Assembly: GCA_018675685.1 (NCBI GenBank)
Contig: JABGXP010000020.1
Span: forward strand, 37,680 to 101,679
Direction of reading: 5' to 3'
DNA length: 64,000 nt
Source: a bacterium
GTDB lineage: Bacteria; Patescibacteriota; Minisyncoccia; Moranbacterales; DUUL01
Shown in pieces: positions 39,947-49,370 of the stretch. Each line of letters opens with the position of its first letter. Positions within the stretch are counted from its first letter, which is position 1. The position numbers and the translations under genes are program-made. The notes under the pieces were generated by a model. The model had not been told where the DNA came from and did not search any database. It was given only the letters and a program-made list of their open reading frames with translations.

Positions 39947-40074
39947 TCATCCTTCCTCCCCTGTTTCCAGGGTAGCTGCAGATTATAGTAAGAACTGTTG
40001 ACTCATTATTAAAGCACCGAAAATTCCTTTTGTCAATATAATAAATAGATGTTTACACATACCGCGTTAACCCC

Positions 40075-40103
40075 TTGACATCTCTATTGATTTTAGGTAT
40101 TAT
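40075..40103 (+). promoter_or_regulatory. sigma70-type promoter of infA operon
   Basis: TTGACA-17 bp-TATTAT. Confidence 0.7.
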
Positions 40104-40267
40104 CAGAACTAGTAAAATTTTTAGTTACAATTTAGTAGCTTTTGAAAATCAAAAGCGCACAAAGAAGGTGAAAGGGAAAGAATTCAAGACTTAGGACAGA
40201 GACGAAAAGAACCTTCGTTTTTTTGGTTGTTCAAATTTAAATTTAATAAATTTTAATAAAAGGAATT

Positions 40268-40480
40268 ATGGCGAAAGAGATAATCAAGCTCGAGGGGGAG
40301 GTTGTAGAACTGCTTCCAAGTACAATGTTCCGTGTGAAGCTCGAGAATGGTCATGTCGTTCTAGCTCATATTTCTGGGAAGATGCGAATTCATTTCATTA
40401 AATTAATGCCAGGGGATAAAGTCGAGATTGAAATGAGTCCATATGATCTCACAAAGGGCCGAATCACAAGAAGGCTCTAA
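40268..40480 (+). CDS. infA: Translation initiation factor IF-1
   Basis: [26 protein letters not shown]. Confidence 0.97.
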   Translation: MAKEIIKLEGEVVELLPSTMFRVKLENGHVVLAHISGKMRIHFIKLMPGDKVEIEMSPYDLTKGRITRRL

Positions 40481-40529
40481 TGACAGAAGAGTGAGAGTTG
40501 AATTAAAGTAATATAACTTAACGAAAAAG

Positions 40530-40643
40530 ATGAAAGTTCAAGCTTCAGTTAAAAAAAGATGCGACAAATGCAAGATTGTCAAAAGAAAAGGGGTAGTATT
40601 TGTTATTTGTGAGATTAAAAAACACAAACAACGACAAGGGTAG
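40530..40643 (+). CDS. rpmJ: 50S ribosomal protein L36 (not in ORF track)
   Basis: Hand translation [37 protein letters not shown]. Confidence 0.97.
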   Translation: MKVQASVKKRCDKCKIVKRKGVVFVICEIKKHKQRQG

Positions 40644-40676
40644 TTTTAATAAATCATTTAAATTCTAAATAAAAGT

Positions 40677-41066
40677 ATGGCAGTAAGAATTGCTGGTGTA
40701 AATATTCCAGACGAAAAGAGAATTGAAATTGCTCTCACTTATATCTATGGAATCGGACGAACAAGATCAAATCAAATTTTAGAAAAAGTTGGAATCGATA
40801 AAGATATTAGAGCAAACAAAATTCCCGCAGAAGAACTAAACAAGCTTCGTGCTGAAATTGAGAGTGGTGATGTTCTAGAGGGGGAATTGAAGAGACAAGT
40901 GATGATGAATGTGAAGAGACTAAAAGAAGTTGGGAGCTACAGAGGTTCTCGACACGCGAAAGGTCTTCCAGTAAGAGGACAAAGGACCAAGACTAACAAC
41001 CGAACTGTTCGAGGAAACAAAAGAGCAACTATGGGGAGTGGCCGACGATCAGTTGAGAAGAAATAG
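40677..41066 (+). CDS. rpsM: 30S ribosomal protein S13
   Basis: RIAGVNIP, ALTYIYGIG, GLPVRGQRTKTN. Confidence 0.98.
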   Translation: MAVRIAGVNIPDEKRIEIALTYIYGIGRTRSNQILEKVGIDKDIRANKIPAEELNKLRAEIESGDVLEGELKRQVMMNVKRLKEVGSYRGSRHAKGLPVRGQRTKTNNRTVRGNKRATMGSGRRSVEKK

Positions 41067-41104
41067 TTTACTATAATATTAATTGAATTTTAATAACGCT
41101 TATT

Positions 41105-41704
41105 ATGGCTGAAGAGAAGGACAATAAAACTACTCAGAAGGAAACTGAAAAGAAGGTTTCTAAGAAAAAGGAAACTGCTTCTAAAGTTGAAACAACTAAA
41201 AAAGTTGAAGCTACTGAGAAATCAAAAACTCCGTCCAAGGACGAGGTAGTTGATAAGAAAGAAGTAAAGAAAGAAGTAAAAAAGGAGAAAACCCAAGAAG
41301 AATCAGTGGAAATTGCTGCTGCTCCTGTAATGAAGAAGAAAAAGAATTTGCGACGACAAATTCAAAGAGGACGTGCATATATACGGTCTTCATATAACAA
41401 TACAGTTGTTTCATTGACTGATTTGCACGGAAATCTTCTAGCCTGGTCATCTTCTGGATTACTTGGATTTAAGGGTGCAAAGAAAGCAACGACATATGCT
41501 GCGACTCAAGTTGCTGCAGATGTTGATGAAAAAGTTCAAAAGTATGGACTTCGAGATATCGAGGTTTATATCAAAGGTGTTGGTTCTGGAAGAGAGGCCG
41601 CACTTAGAGCTTTAGCTCAAAAAGGATACGGGATCACGAAGATTAAAGATATGACTCCAATTCCACACAATGGTTGTAGATCAAAAAAACCAAGAAGAGT
41701 TTAA
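41105..41704 (+). CDS. rpsK: 30S ribosomal protein S11 with long Lys/Glu-rich N-terminal extension
   Basis: SSYNNT, GFKGAKKAT, GSGRE, TPIPHNGCR. Confidence 0.96.
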   Translation: MAEEKDNKTTQKETEKKVSKKKETASKVETTKKVEATEKSKTPSKDEVVDKKEVKKEVKKEKTQEESVEIAAAPVMKKKKNLRRQIQRGRAYIRSSYNNTVVSLTDLHGNLLAWSSSGLLGFKGAKKATTYAATQVAADVDEKVQKYGLRDIEVYIKGVGSGREAALRALAQKGYGITKIKDMTPIPHNGCRSKKPRRV

Positions 41705-41740
41705 TCGAATTTAAAGAATTATTAAAGATTTTAAATACAT

Positions 41741-42385
41741 ATGGCAAATCAAGAAAAGTCAAAATGTAAGTTATGCCGAAGAGCGGGTGAAAAACTTTTC
41801 CTAAAAGGGGATCGTTGTGTCTCACCAAAATGCGCTATGGTACGAAAGCCTTACATCCCTGGAGCTCACGGAAACGCTGGAGGCGGAAGAAAAGGACGTG
41901 GACTGTCTGATTTTGGGAAACAATTAGCTGAAAAACAGAAGCTAAAAAGACTCTATAGAGTTACTGAAAAACAGTTTAAAAAACATCTAAAAGAGGCTCA
42001 AATACAATCAGGTGTTGTAGGTGATAATCTAGTCATTCGTCTTGAATCTAGACTTGATAATATTATCTATCGTCTTGGTTTCGCTGTTTCAAGAGCGCAA
42101 GCACGACAATTAGTAAGTCACAGCATGTTTACTGTTAATGGAAAGATGCTAAATGTTCCATCCGCAATTTTAAAGGTTGGCGATGAGATAGCCCTAAAAT
42201 CTCAAAAGAAAGAAAAAACATTCTTTAAAGAACTTCAGACCGTTCTAAAAAAGAAAAAAAATGTTGCAGGTTGGCTTTCTTTCGATGCTAACAATATGAC
42301 CGCCAAAGTACTAGCTACTCCAAGTAAGGATGACCTAGGAACTGGAGTGAATATTTCTTTGGTGATTGAATTCTATTCACGATAG
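41741..42385 (+). CDS. rpsD: 30S ribosomal protein S4
   Basis: CKLCRR..LFLKGDRC, QLAEKQK, LESRLDN, ARQLVSH, IEFYSR. Confidence 0.97.
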   Translation: MANQEKSKCKLCRRAGEKLFLKGDRCVSPKCAMVRKPYIPGAHGNAGGGRKGRGLSDFGKQLAEKQKLKRLYRVTEKQFKKHLKEAQIQSGVVGDNLVIRLESRLDNIIYRLGFAVSRAQARQLVSHSMFTVNGKMLNVPSAILKVGDEIALKSQKKEKTFFKELQTVLKKKKNVAGWLSFDANNMTAKVLATPSKDDLGTGVNISLVIEFYSR

Positions 42386-42428
42386 TCGTTTCAATTATCA
42401 AATATAAAATAACTATTAAGTTAAATTA

Positions 42429-43391
42429 ATGCTCTCAGTATCATTACCACAAGCTCCACTACACGAAGATCTAGGTGAAAGCACTGGAAAGTTCGTTATT
42501 AAAGGATGTTATCCTGGTTTCGGAACAACATTGGGAAATTCTCTAAGAAGAGTTCTACTTTCTTCCTTGCCGGGGAACGCAGCAGTTTCAGTTAAAATTA
42601 AAGGAATCACTCATGAATTTGCAACAATCGATGATGTGATGGAAGATGCAGTTCAAATTATCTTAAACCTTAAGAAAGTTAGGTTTAAACTCCATGGAGT
42701 TGAGGAAGCAACTATTTTCTTGGCGGTTAAGGGTGAAAAAGAAGTTACTGCAAAAGACTTCAAAACAACATCAGAAATTGAAGTTGTGAATAAGAAGCAA
42801 ATCATTGCAACAACAACATCACCATCAGCTGAATTGGAATTAGAAGTTAAGGTTCAGCGAGGATTGGGATATGTTCCGGTTGAACAGCAAGAAAGAGAGG
42901 AGAAAGAAATTGGCTCAATTGCTATTGACGCTGTGTATACTCCAATTAAAAGAGTGAACTTTGTTGTTGATAACATGCGTGTTGGGAAAAGAACTGATTT
43001 TGATAAGATTACATTAGAAATTGTCACAGATGGTTCGATTCTTCCAGAAGAAGCATATTCACAAGCAGCAGAAATTTTGCTAGAACAAGTTACTTCTATT
43101 GCTCAATTTGGAGAAGAAATTGAAGAAGTTGAAGAAATTGAAGTCAAAGAAGAGACAAAAGAAGAAGGAAAGAAAAAGCCAGAGAAAAAAAACCCAGAGG
43201 AAATTTTAATAACAGAACTTGGAATTTCAACTAGAACAATGAATGTTCTAGAAACTGCTGAATTTGCAACTGTTGGACAGGTTGCTGATAAAACAGAAGA
43301 GGAGATTCTGGAACTTGAAGGAATGGGTGATAAGGGAGTAAAAGAGATTAAAAAGTCAATTGGAACTTTAGGAATCACTCTAAAATCCTAA
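42429..43391 (+). CDS. rpoA: RNA polymerase alpha subunit
   Basis: GFGTTLGNSLRRVLLSS, HEF, IDAVYTPI. Confidence 0.97.
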   Translation: MLSVSLPQAPLHEDLGESTGKFVIKGCYPGFGTTLGNSLRRVLLSSLPGNAAVSVKIKGITHEFATIDDVMEDAVQIILNLKKVRFKLHGVEEATIFLAVKGEKEVTAKDFKTTSEIEVVNKKQIIATTTSPSAELELEVKVQRGLGYVPVEQQEREEKEIGSIAIDAVYTPIKRVNFVVDNMRVGKRTDFDKITLEIVTDGSILPEEAYSQAAEILLEQVTSIAQFGEEIEEVEEIEVKEETKEEGKKKPEKKNPEEILITELGISTRTMNVLETAEFATVGQVADKTEEEILELEGMGDKGVKEIKKSIGTLGITLKS

Positions 43392-43420
43392 CGAATAATT
43401 TAGCATAAGACTAGACATCA

Positions 43421-43942
43421 ATGAATAAGCGAAAGAAAGGAAGAACATTATCTAGGTCAAAATCTCAAAGAGAGGCTCTACTCAGAACTCTTTTGGTGAG
43501 TTTGACTAAATACAAGAGAATCGAGACTTCCTTAGCAAAGGCTAAGGAACTCCGACCTTTTGCAGAACGGATGATTACAAAAGCCAAACGAGCTTCACAA
43601 GGTGAAGGGCGAAGAATGGCTATGATTCGAGAGCTCAAAAAAGATCTTCCAACTGAAACAGTAATGGAGCTCTTGAGATTTGCAGAGAAATTTGCAAAGA
43701 GAGAAGGAGGATATCTTCGAATCATTAAAATGATGCACAGAAGAAGCGATGCTTCAGACAGAGCATTAGTTGAATGGGTTGAAGAATTTGAGGAAGTGGA
43801 GGAAAAAGAAGCGAAGAAAGCTCCAGTTACTGCAAAAAAAGAAGTGAAGAAAGTCAAAAAAACTTCTTCTAGCGCTAAAGTGGAGGAAAAGAAGGTCGAC
43901 AAAACTGAAGACAAGAAGGATAAAAAGCAATCAGACGAATAA
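43421..43942 (+). CDS. rplQ: 50S ribosomal protein L17 with Lys/Glu-rich C-terminal tail
   Basis: IETSLAKAKELR, REGGYLRIIK. Confidence 0.95.
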   Translation: MNKRKKGRTLSRSKSQREALLRTLLVSLTKYKRIETSLAKAKELRPFAERMITKAKRASQGEGRRMAMIRELKKDLPTETVMELLRFAEKFAKREGGYLRIIKMMHRRSDASDRALVEWVEEFEEVEEKEAKKAPVTAKKEVKKVKKTSSSAKVEEKKVDKTEDKKDKKQSDE

Positions 43943-43968
43943 TTTGTTTGAAAAATAAGAATAATTTT

Positions 43969-44370
43969 ATGGAACAGGAGAAACCAAAGTACAAGCTATT
44001 CGATGCAAAAGGCCAAATCCTTGGAAGATTTGCTGTTGAGATTGCAAAATATCTTTCTGGAAAGAACGAAGTTAACTTTACACCAAATATTGGTGGGAAT
44101 GGTTGGGCTATTGTTATAAATTCAGACAAGGTTCGATTAAGTGGAGATAAAGCTAAGAAAAAGATTTATTGGCACCATACAGGATTTCCAGGAGGAATCA
44201 AAGCAGCTACTTTTGAAGAGATGATGATAAAAGACTCTCGAAAAGTAATCGAAAAAGCTGTGAAAGGAATGATGCCGAAAAATAAACTCTCAGTTGCTGC
44301 TAATAAGAGGTTACGAATTTTCAAGGATGAAAATCACTCTTATGCTAAACAGCTCGAGAAATCAGAGTAA
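43969..44370 (+). CDS. rplM: 50S ribosomal protein L13
   Basis: DAKGQILGR, HTGFPGG, AVKGMMPKN; ATG at 43969. Confidence 0.96.
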   Translation: MEQEKPKYKLFDAKGQILGRFAVEIAKYLSGKNEVNFTPNIGGNGWAIVINSDKVRLSGDKAKKKIYWHHTGFPGGIKAATFEEMMIKDSRKVIEKAVKGMMPKNKLSVAANKRLRIFKDENHSYAKQLEKSE

Positions 44371-44388
44371 AAAATAATTAGAATATCT

Positions 44389-44796
44389 ATGGCAAAAAAA
44401 GCAGATCAATACTATGAAGGAATCGGTCGACGAAAGTCAGCTGTAGCAAGAGTTCGAATTGTTGAAGCAACAAAAGGGAATGAAGTTATTGTGAATACAA
44501 AGAAATATGACGAATTTTTTGATACAGAAGAATTAAGAGTTACAGTCAAAGCCCCTATGGTGGCAACAGGAACAGAAAAGAAATTTTCAGTTTCAGTTTC
44601 TGTAAAAGGTGGGGGAATTAGAGGACAAGCAGAAGCTTCTCAATTAGGACTTTCTAGGGCTCTAGTGAAATTTGACGAAGAGCTTCAAAGAACTCTTCGA
44701 GATCTTGATTATTTGAAGAGAGATCCAAGACAAAAAGAAAGAAAGAAGCCAGGATTGAAAAAAGCGAGAAAATCGCCACAATGGAGTAAACGATAG
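44389..44796 (+). CDS. rpsI: 30S ribosomal protein S9
   Basis: GRRKSAVARV, GGGIRGQA, ERKKPGLKKARKSPQWSKR. Confidence 0.98.
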   Translation: MAKKADQYYEGIGRRKSAVARVRIVEATKGNEVIVNTKKYDEFFDTEELRVTVKAPMVATGTEKKFSVSVSVKGGGIRGQAEASQLGLSRALVKFDEELQRTLRDLDYLKRDPRQKERKKPGLKKARKSPQWSKR

Positions 44797-44827
44797 GTCA
44801 ATTTTTTCAAATAGAAATATTGATGTC

Positions 44828-44855
44828 AAAAAACCGCTTTTAACAGCGGTTTTTT
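44828..44855 (+). terminator. Terminator of ribosomal operon
   Basis: AAAAAACCGC-TTTTAACA-GCGGTTTTTT. Confidence 0.75.
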
Positions 44856-44991
44856 ATTTGGAAAAATTATTGCAAAAGAGCAAATAGAATAGTAAAATAG
44901 AGATGTACAAAATACTGAACGAATATCGCGCTTGGATTCAAAATGCGTGATTGTTTTGTAGATTAAAATAAGTATAAATTAAAAACAATAG

Positions 44992-47487
44992 ATGCTCAAA
45001 AAAATAATGTCAAAAAAGGTTGCTGTTATGTTCATGTTGATCATGCTACTTGGAGGTTCTCTACGTCTATATAAACTTGGGATGCAGTCATTTATTGCAG
45101 ATGAATTTTTGGGCATTAAGATTTCCACTGGTTATAATAAAACAGGTGAGTGGAAGCACTGGGATTTTAATACCAACGCACCTAGTGGGGAAACTTATAC
45201 GCGAGGGAAGGTTTATTATTGGCAAGTTTCGAAGCTTTTGAATATTCTTCCGACATCAGAAGCAAACTCTCGCTTGGTAAGCGTGGTTTGGGGTATGATT
45301 GCTATGATTACAGTGTTCTTAGCAACATTTTTTATTACAAGAAGCTGGACAATTGCACTTATTGCACTTTTTCTTTCAGCGATGAGTATAACGGAACTTG
45401 CTTATGATAGGAAATTACGTATGTATTCGATGTTTGCTCCTGTTTATCTCTGGTTCTCCTTTGCAGTGTTTAAGTTTTTAGAATACAAAAAAGATTCGAA
45501 ATGCGCTTTTTTTGGAAAATTTTGTAAGGCTAAGAAGGGGGCTGAAAGTAGGTGTGTTATTACAAGGTTTTCCCAGAAAACAGGGTTGGACTGGATGTGG
45601 TTTTTGCCATCACTGATACTAGGATTTTTATCGCTAAAAACACACGACTTAACAGTGAATATTGTGCCCACAATACTCGTTTATCTTCTAGTTATGGGTT
45701 TATTTTTATTCTTTAAAAAGAAACAAAAAAACAATCATTATTTAAGAGTGACAGGCATTTTTGTGCTATCGGGATTAGCCTTAATATCAATTTTGCCGTT
45801 TTTAAAAACAATTCCAATTATTGGATATATTCTTCAAAAAGCAGTTGGCGCAACAAGTGCTGTCGCCTGGGTTTTCCACCCTAGTTATTTGCAGAAAGTG
45901 ACACTTGATTATAGCTACATTCTTTTCGGAATCTTCTTTATTTCAATTGGAGCATACTTAATGATCAGGAAATATGGAAAAATTGGTCTTTGGACAGTAT
46001 TATCATTTCTAGTCCCCTTAGTTTTAGCGATCTTCACTTGGAAAAGGAACGTTGGTGATCAGTATATATACCTCACTCAGCTTTTCAAGGTTATAGTTGT
46101 GGCTTGTGGAATATATTTTGTCTCCCAAGGAATTGCTAAATTATTTAAAAATACTAAAAAAGTATTTATGCTAGTTCTTGGTCTAATCCTCTTGCTTCTA
46201 GTTAATTTTTCTTTTTTCTATTCAGAACACGGATTTTATCAAAGCGTAAAAGAATGGCAACATTCAAATTATCGAGAAGTTTTTGATTATTTTTTGGAAA
46301 AAAAGGGTGAGAATGTAGCACTCTTTGCAAGACCGCTCACCAATTATTATTTAAGAGGGAATAATACCAAATTACTTCCTTATGGTGAAGATAATCAATT
46401 AACAGCTCTGAGAATTTTTGAAGCTCAAAATGAATATGATGAATTGTGGGTGATTTTTTCCAAGAATACTAATATCAAAGGAGATGCAAAGAGATTGATG
46501 GAGCGAGAATTTAAACTTGTAGAAACAAAGTATACCAATAAAAAGGTGAAAGTTTATCGTTGGAAGAAGAACCATGATAAATTGAAAATAGGATTTGTTA
46601 CAGATTCACATTGCTACGCTAAGCAGGACAAGGAATCAAAGAATTGGGAATTGAACTGGCGTTGCAAGGAACCTATGACTGACTTTGTTAATAAAATGAA
46701 TGACGAGTTCAAGCCAGATATGGTTATTGAAGGCGGGGACCTTGTTGATGGCAGGGACGACAATGCTTTTTGGGATTTCAAGGAGGTCAAAGGAATTCTC
46801 GAAAAAGCTAATGCTCCGGTGTACCACGTTCTTGGGAACCACGAAACTCGTTCTTTTCCAAAAAAAGATTGGCTTGATTTAACGGAAAATAAAAAAACTT
46901 ATTATAAAATTGACATAAAGGGTTTCAGGGTGATCGTATTAGATGCGAACTTCACAGCAAAAGGAGAAGATACTACACCTATAAAAGAATCTTACGCAGG
47001 AGTGATCAATCAAGAACAACTAGAGTGGCTAAAAGAAACCCTTATAGATGCAGAAGATCTTCGCAAAATCGTCTTTGTACATCAACCACCGATCGAAACG
47101 GATGCGAGAAAACAATCAGAATTATTCAAAAACTCAGAGGAGTTAAGGAGTCTACTCTCAAAATTTTCCGTAGAAGCCGTTTTCTCTGGGCACATTGAAA
47201 GATTTTGCAAAACTAAACTTGGAACAGACACCGATTATTATGTCTTGCAAGGTTTTTGGAAACAAAACGGAAGGCTGAAGGAAGAGTTCAAATATCCAGA
47301 GGCAGGCACTTTTAGTGAGATTACAATTGGCAAAGACATTGAAGTGAGTGTGAATTATAGGGAAAAAGATGAGACAGAATATAATTCTTTTATAATGAAC
47401 TCTGATAACTCTTCCTGTGAGGACGGGAACACTGTTATTTCCAGGAAGCTTAGAGATGATTACAAAAATAAAAATGAAAATAAATAG
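44992..47487 (+). CDS. GT-C fold (GT39/ArnT-like) membrane glycosyltransferase fused to a calcineurin-like metallophosphoesterase
   Basis: SLRLYKLG..SFIADE and LRMYS in multi-TM N-half; C-terminal FVTDSH, GGDLVD, GNHE, HQPP, SGH motifs. Confidence 0.8.
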   Translation: MLKKIMSKKVAVMFMLIMLLGGSLRLYKLGMQSFIADEFLGIKISTGYNKTGEWKHWDFNTNAPSGETYTRGKVYYWQVSKLLNILPTSEANSRLVSVVWGMIAMITVFLATFFITRSWTIALIALFLSAMSITELAYDRKLRMYSMFAPVYLWFSFAVFKFLEYKKDSKCAFFGKFCKAKKGAESRCVITRFSQKTGLDWMWFLPSLILGFLSLKTHDLTVNIVPTILVYLLVMGLFLFFKKKQKNNHYLRVTGIFVLSGLALISILPFLKTIPIIGYILQKAVGATSAVAWVFHPSYLQKVTLDYSYILFGIFFISIGAYLMIRKYGKIGLWTVLSFLVPLVLAIFTWKRNVGDQYIYLTQLFKVIVVACGIYFVSQGIAKLFKNTKKVFMLVLGLILLLLVNFSFFYSEHGFYQSVKEWQHSNYREVFDYFLEKKGENVALFARPLTNYYLRGNNTKLLPYGEDNQLTALRIFEAQNEYDELWVIFSKNTNIKGDAKRLMEREFKLVETKYTNKKVKVYRWKKNHDKLKIGFVTDSHCYAKQDKESKNWELNWRCKEPMTDFVNKMNDEFKPDMVIEGGDLVDGRDDNAFWDFKEVKGILEKANAPVYHVLGNHETRSFPKKDWLDLTENKKTYYKIDIKGFRVIVLDANFTAKGEDTTPIKESYAGVINQEQLEWLKETLIDAEDLRKIVFVHQPPIETDARKQSELFKNSEELRSLLSKFSVEAVFSGHIERFCKTKLGTDTDYYVLQGFWKQNGRLKEEFKYPEAGTFSEITIGKDIEVSVNYREKDETEYNSFIMNSDNSSCEDGNTVISRKLRDDYKNKNENK

Positions 47488-49294
47488 AAAAAAAATAGAT
47501 AATCATTTGAAAAAATGGTGGCATCTATACGTCTTAGCGTTGATTGTGCTGGTGGCATTTTTCATTAGAACTTACAACTTCGCAGATTGGATTTATCTGA
47601 AAAGTGACCAAGTGCGTGATATAAAAAAAGTTCAGAGCATTTACGAAGGTGGGCTGGCTGAATTACCACTTTTAGGTCCAAAAGCATCAGGATCCAATCT
47701 TTTTTTGGGACCGATTTTCTATTATTTTCAATATGCATCAGCGGTTTTATTTCAAAGTGTTGAGCCGCACGTACTTGTTTTCCCTGATCTTATCGCCTCG
47801 CTCCTAACTATTCCACTACTATTCTATTTTTTGAGACAATTTTTTTCGAAGAAAATTTCTCTACTAACAGTTGCAGTTTTTGCTTCTTCATATATGTTCA
47901 CGCAATATGCAAGGTTTGGTTGGAATCCGAACTCCCTCCCTTTCTGGGGATTGCTTGCAATGCTCGGAGTTTTCAAGGTTGGAACTGAGAAAGACCGCAA
48001 TAAAGCGGGAAAATGGCTTATCATGTCCGCATTCGCTTTTGGAGTAGTAAGTCAATTACATTTCATTGCATTCCTTGGATATCCAATCGTTACATTTTTG
48101 TTTTGGATTTTTTATCCACCAAAAAAGATTCATCCAAAATTTTGGTTAGCTGCAATTTGTGTATTTTTATTTTTGAATTTACCAATGATTGCAAATGACA
48201 CCATTGGGGGAGGGAATAATTGGAAACATTTTGTTTATACATTAACACACAAAGCTGAGCCAAGAGGGGCCCTAGAAAGCGCTCTAAGAGCTGCTACGTA
48301 TGAAGGAAGGTTCTTTATGGCATTTGTTACATCTATTAACAATAACGAGGTTTCCAAGATAGACTTCATTGGTATTCTATACGTAACAACTTCTATTTTT
48401 TTGGGAGTATTTTTGTGGAAAAAGAAAGCAACTGCTCTGTTCAGGGAGCTTTCCTCAAAACAACGAGCATTTTTAGTCTTTATCTTTGTGTGGCTTGCTG
48501 GTTTCACGCCTTTGTATTGGAAATTAGCGTATGATATAAATAACTCTCGTTTCTGGGCAGTGGTATTCGTTATTCCTTTTGTATCTCTCGCTCTTTATTT
48601 TCAAATTATTTTTCAAATAGGAAAAAACAAAAACTGGCAAAGGGCCTTCCAAGTCACACCATATTTAATCGCAACAATATTGATAATTTTGAATTTTACA
48701 GCAATTGGAAAATGGTATGGAAGTTTAGCAGCGCAAGAAGAAATTGATTTATTCGGAAGAAAGTGGTCAAGTAAAACCTTCCAACAACAGAAGCTAGAAA
48801 CTGTATGGGTGCAAAAAGAAACCTCGAAGTATATGATTGAAGAATCTAGCAAAAAGAATAAAAAGGTTTGCTTTAAATCTCCCAACGTATACTCAGCTGT
48901 GTATAGATATTTTATCAATCAAAATCTTAATGGAGAGGTGGTTGACAGCGGAGATATTGAAAGGGAGACAATTGTAGCACTGGGCAAAGAATGTGAATTT
49001 TTTCTTATCGATAAAGCAGAAAAGAGTAGCAATCAAGCTTTAGCAAAAGTGGGGAAGGGCCTGAAATTAAATGACAAGAAAGCAATAGGCTCTGTAGCTA
49101 TTTGGATTGTTGAATTAGATGGAGACTTTAATGTGAAAAAGGAAAAAAAACAGAGTGTTTTCGAAATAATCCAGCAAGATATTGTAACTGAAATAAAAAT
49201 TGAGGAAAATAAAGAAATAAAAGAGAGAGAAGAAAAAGAAGACAAAAAACCAGAAAGGAAAGAGGATAAGGACTGGGGTGATTTATGGTACTAA
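47474..49294 (+). CDS. GT-C fold (GT39/ArnT-like) membrane glycosyltransferase
   Basis: FIRTYN..DQVRD, LPLLGP, LGPIFYY, RFGWNPN, SQLH; ATG at 47474 overlaps previous gene. Confidence 0.82.
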   Translation: MKINRKKIDNHLKKWWHLYVLALIVLVAFFIRTYNFADWIYLKSDQVRDIKKVQSIYEGGLAELPLLGPKASGSNLFLGPIFYYFQYASAVLFQSVEPHVLVFPDLIASLLTIPLLFYFLRQFFSKKISLLTVAVFASSYMFTQYARFGWNPNSLPFWGLLAMLGVFKVGTEKDRNKAGKWLIMSAFAFGVVSQLHFIAFLGYPIVTFLFWIFYPPKKIHPKFWLAAICVFLFLNLPMIANDTIGGGNNWKHFVYTLTHKAEPRGALESALRAATYEGRFFMAFVTSINNNEVSKIDFIGILYVTTSIFLGVFLWKKKATALFRELSSKQRAFLVFIFVWLAGFTPLYWKLAYDINNSRFWAVVFVIPFVSLALYFQIIFQIGKNKNWQRAFQVTPYLIATILIILNFTAIGKWYGSLAAQEEIDLFGRKWSSKTFQQQKLETVWVQKETSKYMIEESSKKNKKVCFKSPNVYSAVYRYFINQNLNGEVVDSGDIERETIVALGKECEFFLIDKAEKSSNQALAKVGKGLKLNDKKAIGSVAIWIVELDGDFNVKKEKKQSVFEIIQQDIVTEIKIEENKEIKEREEKEDKKPERKEDKDWGDLWY

Positions 49295-49302
49295 TTAGCA
49301 AG

Positions 49303-49355
49303 AAATATTATAATAAAAAACTGAGCATAAAACTCAGTTTTTTATTATAATATTT
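49303..49355. terminator. Bidirectional terminator with 23-bp perfect arms
   Basis: AAATATTATAATAAAAAACTGAG-CATAAAA-CTCAGTTTTTTATTATAATATTT between convergent genes. Confidence 0.8.
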
Positions 49356-49370
49356 TAAACGCCAGAATCA

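Noticed and set aside
49303-49355. Long inverted repeats (also 25498..25531) as mobile element ends or CRISPR repeats
   Set aside because: Single copies between convergent genes with A/T tracts on both sides; explained as bidirectional terminators.
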